NCBI GenBank assembly: GCA_002245135.1
Contig: NGBS01000292.1
Coordinates: 496,001-560,000 of the forward strand
Direction of reading: 5' to 3'
DNA from: Proteromonas lacertae
Taxonomy: Eukaryota
Length of the DNA stretch: 64,000 nt
The position numbers and the translations under genes were made by a program. The stretch's first letter is position 1. The number at the start of each line of letters is the position of its first letter. The notes beneath the pieces are model-generated. The model searched no databases. It saw only the letters and a list, made by a program, of their open reading frames with translations, and was not told where the DNA came from. Positions 42,466 to 56,262 of the stretch are shown here, piece by piece.

Positions 42466-43516
42466 CTACACGTTATCAACATTCTCATCCTTATCAACAC
42501 TTTCTACACCATTAGAATTATCAATATTTTCCTTATTTTCAGAATTATCAACATTTTCAGTGTTTACACTAGCATCAACAAATTCAATTCTTTTTTTCTT
42601 CTTTTTTCCTCCATTATCTCTCTTTTCAATTAAATACAATCTTCTCCCTTTCAAAGAACAATAATCACATCCAGATTTACCATCCGAAAACCTATTAATC
42701 GACTTATATTTCTTACATCTATTACATAACTTTGTTATTGCTGGATCAGGATCATCTTCCCAATCTTTCAAAGTATAATAATTAAAAACATCTAAAGAAC
42801 ATTCCAAACATATATATTCCTTCTCTTGATACGTAGTTTCTACATACAGAAAGGTTTGAGATTTCTCAAACATCTTCAAACATTTACAACATTTTACTTC
42901 TTCTGTTGGTGCAAATACTCTTTGTATTGTATATCTTCTTTCTTCACTTTCTATCTTATTGGGTAATACTATTTCAGGATTTGTTTGATCTAATTTTCTC
43001 TTCATTTTCATTTCATTTATATAACTATTTCCATATTTACTTTTCATTAAACTTATTCTATTTTTTACAAGACATAAATTACAGGACTTTTTATTGTTTG
43101 CAAATCTGGATATAGGTTTAGTAGCTTTACATCTTGTACAATATTTTTTCTCTTCATTTATACCTACATCAACCCAATCTTTTAATCTTTTTAAATCATC
43201 AACTAGTTTTGAACATCTCATACATACAGGTTTAACATGAGATTTGTTTCTGTTATCTTGATAAGCAAATATGTCTTTTGATTGAAAACTTTCTTTACAT
43301 TTAAAACATATATAATTGTCTGACTCTTCACCATATGAATGATAATCCTCATTTACTTTCTCTTCCTCCTTGATTTACATTCACTGTCATTTGTATAGGC
43401 TGTAAAGCAGGACAAATTGACTGAATACTATCACATTCACTACTCTTCGGCTGTAAAAATGTATTAGAGTATTGTACCAATACATCCATATTTGCATTAT
43501 CGCTATATGGATACAT
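42466..43516 (-). CDS. Cys-rich zinc-finger repeat protein, paralog 2
   Basis: Same architecture as 41454-42282 (shared ICPALQP.QMTV, FAYQD.RN, KSQTF..VE, GKSGC.YCSLK). Frameshift near 43375. Confidence 0.7.
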
Positions 43517-43606
43517 CACACATAAAGAAAAATAAAAAAAGTTTGATTTCTGTTTGGTATTTGTTTTTTTCGTTTTTATTCCTTTTTAATAACTATATTA
43601 GTTACA

Positions 43607-45520
43607 ATGACAACAATAGAAAAATCGAAGAATAGAAAGACTAATCAGAATGGCCAAGAAGTATTTATTGACTTTTTATTCATAGATATTTGGAGTAGGT
43701 TATGATAATACAGGTCAAGCTGGATTTGGAGAAAGAATGATTTATGCAAATCCAATTCGTATAGAATTGCCAGGAAGAGCTCATATTGTATTATTTTAAT
43801 ATTTAATATAAATAAATAGAAAACATTAGCATGTAGTGATTATCACACTCTATTTTTATGTGATGATGGTAAAATATTTGTTTGTGGATCAAACAGATAC
43901 CATCAATGTTCAATGGGTGATAAAGATATAATTAAACCAAAACTATTAATGTCAAAAGAACAATATCAAAACACATTTGTAAGAGAAGAATTGAGAGAAC
44001 ATCAACCGCCTTTACCTAAAATGAAATATATTGCAGTTGGACCAAGATGTTCATTTGCAATTACATGTATTTATATTTAATATTTATTTAGATGATAATG
44101 TTGTATATCGATGGGGAAGGATATTAGGTGGAAAAAGTGATATTGAATTTCCGTATAATTTTAATTTTTTATTTATTAATTAAATAGTGAAGTATTTAAT
44201 GATTTTGAAGATATAGAAATAGATGAAATAAGTGTTGGTGAAAATCATGCAATTGTATTAACTTGTATATATATATATTATTTATTTGATTTTTATATAT
44301 AGCCAAAGGTACTGTATATTCATGGGGAGATAATACTTATGGTCAATTAGGTTTTATAACCAGTGAAAGTCAAATATCTCCATTATTGATTGAAGGAATG
44401 TTACTAGGTGTGAAAGTTATTAAAATATGTTCTGGAGATAATCATAATTTAATAATATGTGAAGCAAATTCAAGATCTTTGCTACCGCAAGAGAATGTAT
44501 CTAAGATTACAATCCATGATATACAAATAGCTAAAACTGAGCAAGAAAAGATGATTTTAAGACATATCTTATTTTTATTTAATATTTAAATAATTTTCAA
44601 TATTTTTCTTTAACAATAGTGCAAGTAAAATGAAAGAACAATTACATTCTGATAATCTACACAAAGATGGAGGTAGTTATCAATCAGTAATATTTGGTTG
44701 GGGTAAGAATAATTGTGGTCAAACTGGTGTAGATAATAACTTTGAAAATGTACCAGAACCTGTTTTATTAAAATCATTATGGAGTATGTGTCCAATAGAA
44801 ATAGCTTGTGGAATGGAACATAGTTTAGTATTAAATGGTATAGATATATATATATTATTTTGCTTATATATAGATGCTGGTTTAATCTATGCATTCGGAA
44901 GAGGTGATAATGGTGCTTTAGGAAATACATCATTCAATAATATATACAAACCTGAGCTGTTATTCCAATTAAAAGGTAAATATATGAAACATATCTATGC
45001 GTTTGGGAGAAATAGTTATTGTATTGAAGATAATGGAAGTGTATATGTTTGGGGAGATAATAAATATAAACAAAGTGGAATATCTTCAGCTAAGAAATTA
45101 ATAACACTTCCTAAAATAATAAGTGATCTTCCTTATTGTGAAATGATCAGTGGATGTAAATATTCAACTTACTTTGTTTGTAGTAGTAATAAAGTGAAAG
45201 AATATACAAATGTGAGTAAAATATATCAAAATAAAAATGGTGAAATGTATAGGCGATTTAATCATTTACATGCTTGGAACTATAATGTTGATGTGATGAG
45301 TGTAATTTGCAGTTCAATGAAAAAACCAATAGGTTATAAATGTGGATTATTATGTAATTATAAATGTATAAGTTGTAAGAAGACAATTTGTTATACTTGT
45401 GCATTTGTTTGTCATAAAGGTCATTGTATTGATAGTTATTGTAGCGATTGGGATGAGATTTGTGAATGTGAAGAAGAATGTAGTAGGAAAATTCCAACTT
45501 TGGAGGAAGATGAGCAATAA
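43607..45520 (+). CDS. RCC1-repeat protein with a C-terminal UBR-box-like zinc finger
   Basis: Multiple RCC1 blades (YSWGDNTYGQLG, FGWGKNNCGQTG, IACGMEHSL, FGRGDNGALG); C-terminal YKCISCKKTICYTCAFVCHKGH...ICEC. Confidence 0.85.
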
Positions 45521-45710
45521 ATATGAGTATTTATTTAATGAAATGTTTATTTATTTGTTAGTAATTTGTTGTTCTATTACAACCTCAATAAATATTATAT
45601 CTTCTGTAAACTTGAATAAAACAACAACAAATGAAAAATAAAAACTAATTCTTTTATCATTTATTACATGTTATATTATTTTATTCAATATCATCAACAA
45701 TCTATAAAAA

Positions 45711-46361
45711 CTATAATTTCTCTCCAAATGCTATATCTCCTGCATCTCCCATTCCAGGATCTATATAAAACTTATCAGTTAGTTTTTCATCAAGATCTCC
45801 AATCCATAAGGTATAAGGTTCTCCTTTTAATTGTTCATTAACATAATCTACTCCTTGTCTTGATGCTAAAATACAAGCAATATGTGTATGTTTTGGTTTT
45901 CCTCCTTGTTTTAGTAGTTCATAATAAGCTTTTACCATTGAACCACCTGTAGCTAACATAGGATCAACTAACATGAGTATTTTACCATCAAGCGATGGAG
46001 TATAAACTGAATCATATCTTATTCCAACTGTTTTGTCTGGGTTGTAGAATCTTCTTGCGGATACAAATGAATTTCCTGCCATATCGAAAAACTTCAGAAA
46101 TCCTTCATGAAATGGAAGACCAGCTCTTAGAACAGATCCAATAACAACTTGATCTTTCAAAGTCATCACTTTTGCCTTGTTTACAGGAGTTTCAATTTCT
46201 TTCTCTTCGTATTCAAGTGTTTTGCTTATTTCATACGACATAATTTCAGCAACTCTCTCAATATTGGTACGATATCTCATTCTGTCGGGCTGTATTTCTT
46301 TATTTCGTAGTTCGGCTAAAAACTGACTACAAATGGAATTAGTTTTTGCTATTATATTCAT
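45711..46361 (-). CDS. upp: Uracil phosphoribosyltransferase, intronless, Bacteroidota-type
   Basis: VLRAGLPFHEGF, PRPP-binding LVDPMLATGGS and YIDPGMGDAGDIAFGEK. The N-terminal NSICSQFLAELRNKEIQPDRMRYRTNIERVAEIMSYEISKTL is typical of Bacteroidota Upp. Confidence 0.95.
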   Translation of the reverse strand: MNIIAKTNSICSQFLAELRNKEIQPDRMRYRTNIERVAEIMSYEISKTLEYEEKEIETPVNKAKVMTLKDQVVIGSVLRAGLPFHEGFLKFFDMAGNSFVSARRFYNPDKTVGIRYDSVYTPSLDGKILMLVDPMLATGGSMVKAYYELLKQGGKPKHTHIACILASRQGVDYVNEQLKGEPYTLWIGDLDEKLTDKFYIDPGMGDAGDIAFGEKL

Positions 46362-46461
46362 TTAAAGCAAAGATAAAAAGTCGAGCTTATGCTTGAATAT
46401 TTTTCAATTCTATTTTAATTTTGCAAGACAAAAGTAATAAAACATTACATAATAATAACAT

Positions 46462-47482
46462 TTAATATTGTATACTTATCTTTCTACCTGGATATAATCC
46501 CTGTAAAGTCAAGTCATACTTTTCACGAATATAATTATCTAATTAAACAATATTAATTCAAATATTATACTCGTCACAAATATTTCGTCTAATTTAACAC
46601 ATTCACCAATACGTGTTAAGAATATCTGATAGCTTTCGTCAGTGATACCATTCTTTTCTGCTGCAATAGTTTTAATTAAAGGTATATAACTTAATTTTTG
46701 ACTGAAATATGAAAAACCTTTATCAGTAATATTATTTTCACCCATCCATAAGTATTCTAACTCTTGAATATACTTCAAAGCATCACAAAAATACACAAAC
46801 ATTTCATATCCTATTTTATTGCCTGTTATATCTAAATCTTTTAAGTTTCTAACTGTATAAAAGTGATCACTAAACCATTCCATTGCAAAATCACCTTCTA
46901 ATGTTTTTCTAACATCAAGCATACCATCATTGTGTTGTCTAAATTCGATAAACTTCTTGTTTACTGAATCTCCTATTATATAGATTATATATTTATATAT
47001 TATACTTGTATTATCTTCTATCTTATGGATTTTTGTGTAATAGAAATCAGTATCAATCACTAACTTCGACAGTTGAATGAAATTTTCTATATCAAATCCA
47101 CCTTCTTTTATAAGCTCTTCTTCATAGAGAGTGTTAGAGTCTTCCATTTGCATCGTTGTTAGTTTCAACTTCCATATCAGCGTTAGTATCACTCTCAATT
47201 ACTATCTTGGTGTACTGATCTATTTTGCCCTTTAAAATTGATTCATCATATCCCATCAAGTCACAATAAATTTTCTTGAAGTGAATTTTTGTATACACTG
47301 TTAATCCTGCAACTTCTTTTTTGATTATAACTTTTGATATATTGTTACTATCCGATATTAATCTTACAACCTTTTCCAACCCAAGTTTCGTTAAAATCTT
47401 TGAACATTCTGAAGTATATCAAGATATGCTTCCTTGGACAGGAAGAAATATCAATTATTTCATCTTTATCTTCTATTTCCAT
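46462..47482 (-). CDS. RNI-like LRR protein with apparent frameshifts
   Basis: LKDLDITGNKIGYEMF, LEYLWMGENNITDKGF and IKTIAAEKNGITDE repeats. Confidence 0.65.
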
Positions 47483-47631
47483 TTGTATTAGTTATAAAAA
47501 TTTAATTATGTAGTATATTCTGTTGAAATGGAATTTACACACAAAAACAGAAAAATTACATAAATATATCCGTTTCACCTTTTTTCTTTTTACATAGAGA
47601 TATGACAAACAAACAAAATAAATATAAATAT

Positions 47632-49267
47632 TTAAGCTGCCAATCGTTTAGATGCAAATGTAGACAAAGATAAACAAAAAGCAGGAAGAATTCCTATCTT
47701 TTGAGGATTATAGTCTAAACTAAACACTCCCTTCTCAACTTTACCAAATTGCATTATAATCTCTTCTTTCCCTGCTTTACTATCAATATCTCCACTTACT
47801 AATTGAAAATTCTTTTTCGATGATAATTTCACTCTACCATGAAAGTTCAACATAAAACTATTCATCTTTTCATCCCATCTCGGTTTAACTGTATAATAAG
47901 TCAAATAATCATTTTTATTAGGAATTACCATCGATATTCTATTTGGAATTTTACCAAACAAATTATATTCATAATTTATCACACCTAATGAATGTTCCAA
48001 AAATATATCCGGTAATATCTTCATTTTACTATTATTGTCATTATTATTATCATTCTCATTGATTCCATTATCATAAATATCGAATTTTGTACCGTTTTTA
48101 CTCATTTCCATATATCCAATATAATTCACTCCATGTTCAGTATAATCTTCAGTTGAAGTTGATAATAGGAATAACCCTTTCTTCATATCACCAATACTTG
48201 ATAATATAATATCTCCATTACCTTCATCATACAGTAAGAAACGGTCAAATTGATTGTCTTTCCATTTAACTAACCAAAAATAACAAAATAAATATATTTT
48301 AAAAATAATAAGAAAGAAAAAGTAAAAAAATAAAAATATTATCATTTATATATATACATTCATCTCTTATCATATTACACATATATAAATCAGTATCATC
48401 CACCAAATTCTCTTTTATAATAATTGAACTATCTTCAATTAATTTCATATATTGTTGATATATATTCATATTGTACTTCCTACAATCTTTAAAAACATTT
48501 ACAGATATTTCCTTTTTGTTTATATAAAAGTAATTGGTGGTTGAATTATAATATATTTCATTTCTTTCACTTAATTCTTCTGATGTAAATGGCAGAATTT
48601 CATTTCTATTAAAAAACAAAAATATAATAATTATTATTATACTGTAAAATGAATAAATAACAAACATATAAAATATCAAAATTACTGGTAGATACACTGT
48701 ATTCTATTGATTGTACTAGTGTATTAATGTTAATATTATTTATCATAAATTTTTCACACTCTTTTATTAAACTAACGACATTCATTTCATAGGCGGTTAT
48801 TAATAACTGAAAACAATTATCTGTTGTTATATTTTGATCGTTTGCAAAACAGCCAAATGTTAGACACTCTGTATTATGTTCATGTTCTCCTAATAATAAA
48901 TAGTTTAAGCATATTAGTCGATTATTTATTTCTCTATTCTTAGATATAGAAAATATACTTTAGATCATTACAACTTATAATAATAGAGTTGTTGTCAACC
49001 TTAGAACTATCTCAAAATAATAATATAGTGAATATACTTATAAAACTTAGTATTTGGTATTATTTCAATTGGAAGTACAATATGCTTCTCATAAAAGAAT
49101 ACATCAGTAGGTATTCTATTCATAATAGTTGAGAATAGACAATACCCACCACTAGAAACATATATTTGAGACATTATTGGATTTTTTGGATTGCATCTCA
49201 ATATAAATATAATTTCATCATCATTATTTACACTTTCATTGTCTAGATCACTCACAAATTCATTCAT
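47632..49267 (-). CDS. Tubby-domain protein (upstream exons may be one gene or a separate gene)
   Basis: KPRWDEKMNSFMLNFHGRVKLSSKKNFQLV...MQFGKV..GVFSLDY...AFCLSLSTFASK is the Tubby C-terminal signature. Confidence 0.85.
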
Positions 49268-49359
49268 TATAAATTACAGTAAATTACATGTAATTTTATA
49301 AGTTGATACATTTAACATTTGTTGGACGTAAACTCTATTTTGTGTAAATATTACATTAC

Positions 49360-52300
49360 ATGCTGAATTCATATCTACATAAATCTGAAAGTAATCCAAT
49401 ATTGATGTTATTTTTATAGGTTTACCACCACTGGAAGTATTTTTAGGCTATGTAAATTCAGAAGATGAAGAGATAATGCTTGCATATGTAGAAATCTTGA
49501 TTGAAAATTGTGAAAAATATAGATAGTGTTGAATTATTTAATGAATATGCTGTAGCAGTTACAAAGTATTTGTATCGTAGAATACACGACATTCAAAATG
49601 AGGAAACATTAAATATAGAGTCAACTAAAAAATACTATGAAGTTATAGCGTTTATAATGAAATCACCCTTCCCATTCCCTTATTGTCAGTTGAAACAATT
49701 AGTTACTCTGTTAGTTAATTTGTATATTGCCTATATTAACTGTTATTTAGAATAGATAAGTCTAAACAGTCAATTACATTCAGTGATGGTTTTAAAGAAT
49801 TGTATTTCATCCATAGTTTTACATTTGTCTTTCTATTTATGTGATACAGAATACAATAAACTGGTTGAATATTGTGGAAACTGTTGTAAACAAAAATGAT
49901 GATTTACATTTTCGTAGTATTGATATGAAAAATGATATTGGTGGTAGTTATTACAATGGTAATGACAAAATTGATGTCAAATATTATAGGAATAGTGGTA
50001 GAATAAGAACAATAAAAATTCGAGAAGATAATACAGCTTTTCTTCAGAATGATCATTACTTTTTTATAGTATATTAAATAATTGTTTATATATTTAGAAA
50101 GAGAAAGAAAAGGACATAGGGAAAAAAGTTAACGTTTTGTTTCATAATAATGAAGAATGTTATTGGAAGAACCGTTTTTTGTTGGTTTATAAACCTGAAA
50201 TTAAATGGGATTTAAAACGTGATTCAATGACTGAATGTTTATTGTTTAGTATATATATTATTGTTTCATTTTATAGATAATTCTTTTTATCTTAAAACAT
50301 CCAAAACAATAGACTTTTCAGGTGGAATATCAATGTCATTTTATATCATACCAGAAAATATAAATGAAGAATCTATATTATTCCATACTCGCGATTGGGA
50401 ATTGGCATTTCAAAGTGGTAATTTAAGTTGTGAATCAAAGGAGAATAATGCAACATCTGAAATAGTATCAAACAAATCGATGGAAGGAAATTTATATTAT
50501 TAGTGAAGTTAAAATAACAGCAAAATGTAAAGGAAAAAAGTTATCAATAGGATATAAATATAATGGATTAATGTTTATGGTAAAAATAGACAATTCATCA
50601 GAATATCCACTTATACGTTCTTGTTTATTAACAAATATTGATGATGCTAAGAATTATTTAAGAATAGAATTCACAAAAGATCATACAATATTAAAACCAT
50701 TAGAATTTGAAAGAATTGATCTGAAAAATATTGACGCTAATAAAGTTACAAGAGGATATGATAGAGTAATTAAACATGACGGTTATTTTATTATACCTCA
50801 GATTGATGGATCACAAACGATAGATTTAGAATTGATCACTTACTGAAGGATGGAGCTTTTTTGACAATCAAACTGGATGTATAAATATTGTCTTTTATAT
50901 TTATATAGAAAGAATTAAATGATGGAGATAAACAGCAAATGGGTATTTCTTTATCAAAGAAAGAAAATAGGCTTACAATCCGTAATAATGAAAAAGTATT
51001 GTTTAAAATATCTAAATATATGACAAATAAAACAAATCATGTATAAATATGAATTCTATTTACATTTTAGTTTCATTTTGTCATAAATTCTGATAGTATA
51101 GAATGGTTTTATGAAGATAGTGAAAAAGAAAATGGAAATAATAAAATAACATATCCATTTGAATTAAAGGAAGTTACTAATATAAAGATTCACTCTGTTG
51201 CTGTTGATTGTGTTGAATGTATTAACATCAAAAACCAACATTCCGAATACAAAGCAGATGATGTTTCAACTATTTATTATTGTGATTATAATGAAATGAA
51301 AATAATTCCTGTAATGATTATATCCTTTTTTGAATGATATTGTTTTGATTGGATCTTTAATTATCTTTACGAGGATATAGATGGTGTTAATACAATCAGT
51401 ATAAAAGATTCAGATAATCAATTACCTCTAATTGAAAATGAGAATGAGAATGAGTATTATAATGTGTGATGAAGAAACGTTATATATTGTGGATAAAAAC
51501 GGAATATATATAAAATGTAATGGATATTTGTGAAGAATATGAAATAGAATATAAAAAAATCATTCCATATATACCAATAGAGAAAAATTATGATAATTAC
51601 AAATCATTTAAATTAACTATGAAAATAATTGGATTATATTTGAGGGATATAATTAAACAAAGTGAAAATCCATGTATATATTTTATTAATCTCATTTATA
51701 GCTGGTAAAATACTTTATTATACTTGTGGAATTAGTCAAAATGGTTATGCAAACTTCTCAAAGGATTTTGTATCACAATATATTACAGATTATAAATCAA
51801 ATGTATTTAGTTATTTTTCTACTATTATCTAATAGAATAATCCATTATTTTCATTAACAAAATTTAACCAGATTAGAAATGTATTTGGTGATGAAGAGAT
51901 AATTATTGATATTAATGAATCATCACTACATTTTGATCCAATATATGAAATACTGACAATTCCTTATGAGGAATATAATGGAGAGTATGAAATTGTGTTT
52001 AATGATAATATATCATTTTTTATACAAACAATTTTTATATGTTTTCTTTAATTCCATTTTAAGGAAATTATATTTGTGTAAGTCGTGATTCAAAGAATGG
52101 AACATTATTTCCAATAACAAATATAAACAAGCATGGATATAGGGAAAAATAAGACGAAAATTCGATATTTCAAATGTATATAATCATTTTTATATTTATT
52201 AGCAAACTTTCTATTATTGTTGTGATGATAATGCAATAGTGACAAATATGATTGTATTACCAACAAGTATTAATCCAAAGGAATATGGTTTAAAAGAGAG

Positions 52301-55300
52301 TTTCTATTCAGATATTGGTGAATGTGGAATAGGATTAAAACTCTATGTTACTTATGATTATCCAAGTCAATTAGATGAAAATTTGGTTTTCTTAACATTT
52401 CAGTTAGAATATCCTTGTGATTCACTTGTTTGTTTTAAGGATTACGAAGATATGAAGAAGGGGAAATTATTATCTTATCCAATGTTTGTGTTAAATAATA
52501 AATATAAAATTGCATGTAATGATGTAGAATATAAAGTGAATGTTATTAGTTTTGATAATAATTCAAGTCAATATAAGTGTTATGCAAATTCCAGTTTTGG
52601 TGAATTAGTAGGTTATATTTGTAGATATGAGAATAAAACTCATTTATTTTTTCATACAAAGAACAATCGAATTGAAGGATATCATTTTACTCAAGCAAAG
52701 CATAAAAGAATAGAAAATGAATTAAACAATTATAAATTAAAGCATAATAAAGAAGAGGAAGATGTTTTTTTAATGCCATATGATTTATCTACTAAGTATG
52801 AATCTGACGATGATAAAGGTATTTTTATTGAAATTACATCAATAAAAGAAACTGATGATTTTCAGGTTTTGATTTCAAAAAGAAGTCAAAAGGAAGTAAC
52901 CATGTTTGTTTATATTATATCTTTTTTTAGTATTTCTTTGACAGTTTATTAGTTATTTTAATAATGAAGCTTATGGTGAATGTTTATTTGCTGAAAAATA
53001 TTACAGTAATAACAAAAATAAAGTGTTTGGTGTTGATATTATAGAAAAGACATGTATATTCGGAGATCATAGCTATAAAGACTATGTATATATATCATTT
53101 ACATTTGGATATAGGATTTATTTAAGAATATAAAAGGAGAAATGGGTAATAAAGTAAAGAGTTTTGTTTATCATTTAGATAATAGAATTAATAAAAATGA
53201 AGGTGGAAATATGATAGAAACAGTATATATATTATTAATAATGTTATGTGAATAGTATAAAAGATATAAACACTTTTCAATTAAAGAATATTTAGAATTT
53301 TATGAAGGTAAAGTAGGTAATAGTTTCATTATTCAATCAAAATATAAAGTATGAATATTTTGATTTTTAATTATAAATAGTTTATAATTCCTGAAGAAAG
53401 AATTAATTATTATGGTGATAAATCTTCCATTTTAGTTGCTATATCCTTTGAATATAATAATACATCAAAATCTTACATTCGAGATTCTTCAGAGAAATGG
53501 AGATGTGATGGTGTTGGTAAATTGATTGACTTTAATGAAGTAATAAATGAATCATTCAATGAAATGTCTTCTCATTTTAAAACTTTAAAGAATAAATATT
53601 ATTTATATATTGATGAGAGTGTAATTCCTAAATGTTGCTGTAATTTACCTGAAATTCATATGATTCCATTTACAGAATCAATGAAATTAGAAGATTATAT
53701 TTCTCCTGATTATGATTCGTTGAAGATATATATTCAATCTGATGAATTTAAATATCAAAGTGAAGAATTAGAAAAGTTTAAAAATGATAAACAATACAAA
53801 CAAATTCAAGAAATTCCTGATAATAAAGAAAAATGTGGTTATTTAGGATGTGAAGTTGTGAAATTAAACAAACAAAATACTTTTGTTAATAGAAACAACA
53901 GTAATACAAATGTTATAACAAACTATCATAATTATACTACTAATAATAATATTCAGTCAAACAATAATACTAACACTAATGATAATACAAATTGTTTGAA
54001 TAAAATCAATGGTTTACTTACAGCTACAGGGTTTAATACCAACAATAATAACATGAATAATATATCACCAACACAAGGAAATCCTGGCGAAACAAGTAGT
54101 GGCGTTGTAGATAATAAGTTATATTATCATACTCAAGATGGTAAATATTATGAATATACAGGTAGTACATATGGAATTCTTCAAGATGATTATATTTATA
54201 AAAGAATTGGAGAAAATCAATACGAAAAATTACAAAAAATGTCAGAATATACATCACCATCCTCATCATCATCATCATCAAAGGATATAGTTTTATTACC
54301 ACCACAACAACCACAACCACAACAACAACAACAAACAAACAACCACAACAACAACAACAACAACAACAACACAACAACAAACAACAACCACAACAACCAA
54401 CAAACAACAACAACCAACAACAACAACAGTTTCAATCACAACAATTTCAACCAAGGTATAAACCCAACAACATCAAAATGCAATCACCCTCAACCACAAC
54501 AACAACAATCACAACAACCACAACCACAACCAACAACAACAATCACAACAACAATCACAACCACAAACAACAACCACAAACAACAACCACAACAACAACA
54601 ACAACAACCAACAACAACACAACAAACCAACAATCACAACAACAATCACAATCAACCAACCAACCAACAACCAACAACAACAATCACAACAACCAACAAT
54701 CAAATCAACAACAATCAAATCAAAGACCAATAATCTTGATAAAGCCTAATCAAAATAGAAATAAAATAACCTCAAATTCATCATCGGAATCATCAACTAC
54801 AGTATCTCAACCACAGTATCAACCACAACAAGTTAAAACAGATGTATATGATGATCAACCAAATTACAATTTCAGCTATAATGGATAAACTTTCTATTCA
54901 TATACTAAAGAGAATCTTAAGCTATTACTGTAATAATACTTCTTGACAAATATTTATATAAATATATAAATGGAAAATATGAACTACTATATTTTTATTC
55001 AACAGTTGAAGGAAAAATGCATCGATATTCTTATGGATCAATTACAGAACATCCTACAAAAAATTATGACATATATTATTATGAGAACAACTGTAGTAAC
55101 CTTCCTATCAAATGTGGTAGAGTTGCTGAATTTGATCAGAATGTTAATCCATCAAACAACCCACCAGTTAATTATCCACAACAACAACAACAACAACAGT
55201 TTCAATCACAACAATTTCAACAAGGTATAAACCAACAACATCAAATGCAATCACCTCAACCACCACCACCACCACCTCCTCCTCCTCCTGCTGCACCTCC

Positions 55301-55748
55301 ATCACTTCCTCCTCTGCAACAACATCAACAACAGCAAATACAACAACAACAAAAATTCTTACCACCAATCAATACTACTTCAACGAATTATAACACTCCT
55401 CTTTCAAATCCTGTTGTTTATCCAAATCAAGTGTTATATTATGTTGGAAAAAGTGGTAATATTTGTCAGTATAATAATCTATTAACAGAACAGCCATTAG
55501 GTTATGAGTTGTATTCAATAGATAATAATGGATATTATCATTTGAATTCTTATTTACCAAACACAGATTCTAGAACAACATATAATGAATACCACCTGGT
55601 TATCAATTCGTATATTTAGGAGTAGATGGTAAGACGTTTAATTGGTGGAATGAAGAAAATATAAAAAGATTCCCCCCAGCTGGTAGAGATATATATGGAT
55701 ATAATGAAAAATATGGATATATATTCACTAATTATTATTTTTGAATGA
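49360..55748 (+). CDS. Very large uncharacterised multi-exon gene (possibly more than one) ending in Tyr-rich modules separated by polyQ/polyP linkers
   Basis: A continuous chain of + strand ORFs joined by short GT-AG introns; no family motif recognised. Confidence 0.45.
54300..54730 (+). repeat. (CAA)n-rich coding microsatellite (polyQ), poorly resolved
   Basis: Degenerate caa/cca/aca run. A roughly 75-bp block at about 54420 recurs at about 55190. Confidence 0.8.
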
Positions 55749-55886
55749 CTGCATTAGATTATTTGTTTGAAAATAACATCCCATCACAAAAACAATACAT
55801 AAATAAACAATTATAAATTACTTAATACCACATCTTAACTAATTTACAAATCTAATTATCTATATACAATATATAAACATAATTCT

Positions 55887-55911
<25 letters not shown>

Positions 55912-55917
<6 letters not shown>

Positions 55918-55985
55918 AGAGAATTAACTGTTTGTTCTTCAACTTTTATTTAGTCAGAACAGGTCTGTTAGTATCATCATTTTAA
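55912..55985 (-). ncRNA. Box C/D snoRNA, SNORD25/snR56-like (left-arm copy)
   Basis: Reverse complement of the 57786-57858 copy. Confidence 0.85.
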
Positions 55986-56025
55986 ATATATATTATTATT
56001 ATTATTCATTTTATTTATTTATTAT

Positions 56026-56090
56026 TATATCAGAGACTTAAGTAAAATTATCATTAATTCATTTTCATCTCTTTCTTTAGCATCATTTAT
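56026..56090 (-). ncRNA. Box C/D snoRNA (left-arm copy of 57677-57741)
   Basis: Reverse complement of the right-arm copy. Confidence 0.65.
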
Positions 56091-56155
56091 TTCTCATAAT
56101 AAATAAATAAATATCTTAAAATGATGATGAAGAGGTTTATTATTATTATTATTAT

Positions 56156-56241
56156 TGTATCAGATAAGTACACACTATATACCAATCATTATAAATCAGA
56201 ATGAGCTGGGTTAATAGCAAAAGTGCAAATCATCAGAACAA
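56156..56241 (-). ncRNA. Box C/D snoRNA, snR71/SNORD29-like (left-arm copy)
   Basis: Reverse complement of 57526-57612. Confidence 0.85.
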
Positions 56242-56262
56242 TTATAATAATATTAGTAAGTA

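Noticed and set aside
56119..56165. Plus-strand box C-like ATGATGATGA in the left arm
   Set aside because: There is no downstream box D on that strand, and the orientation is opposite to the other left-arm snoRNAs.
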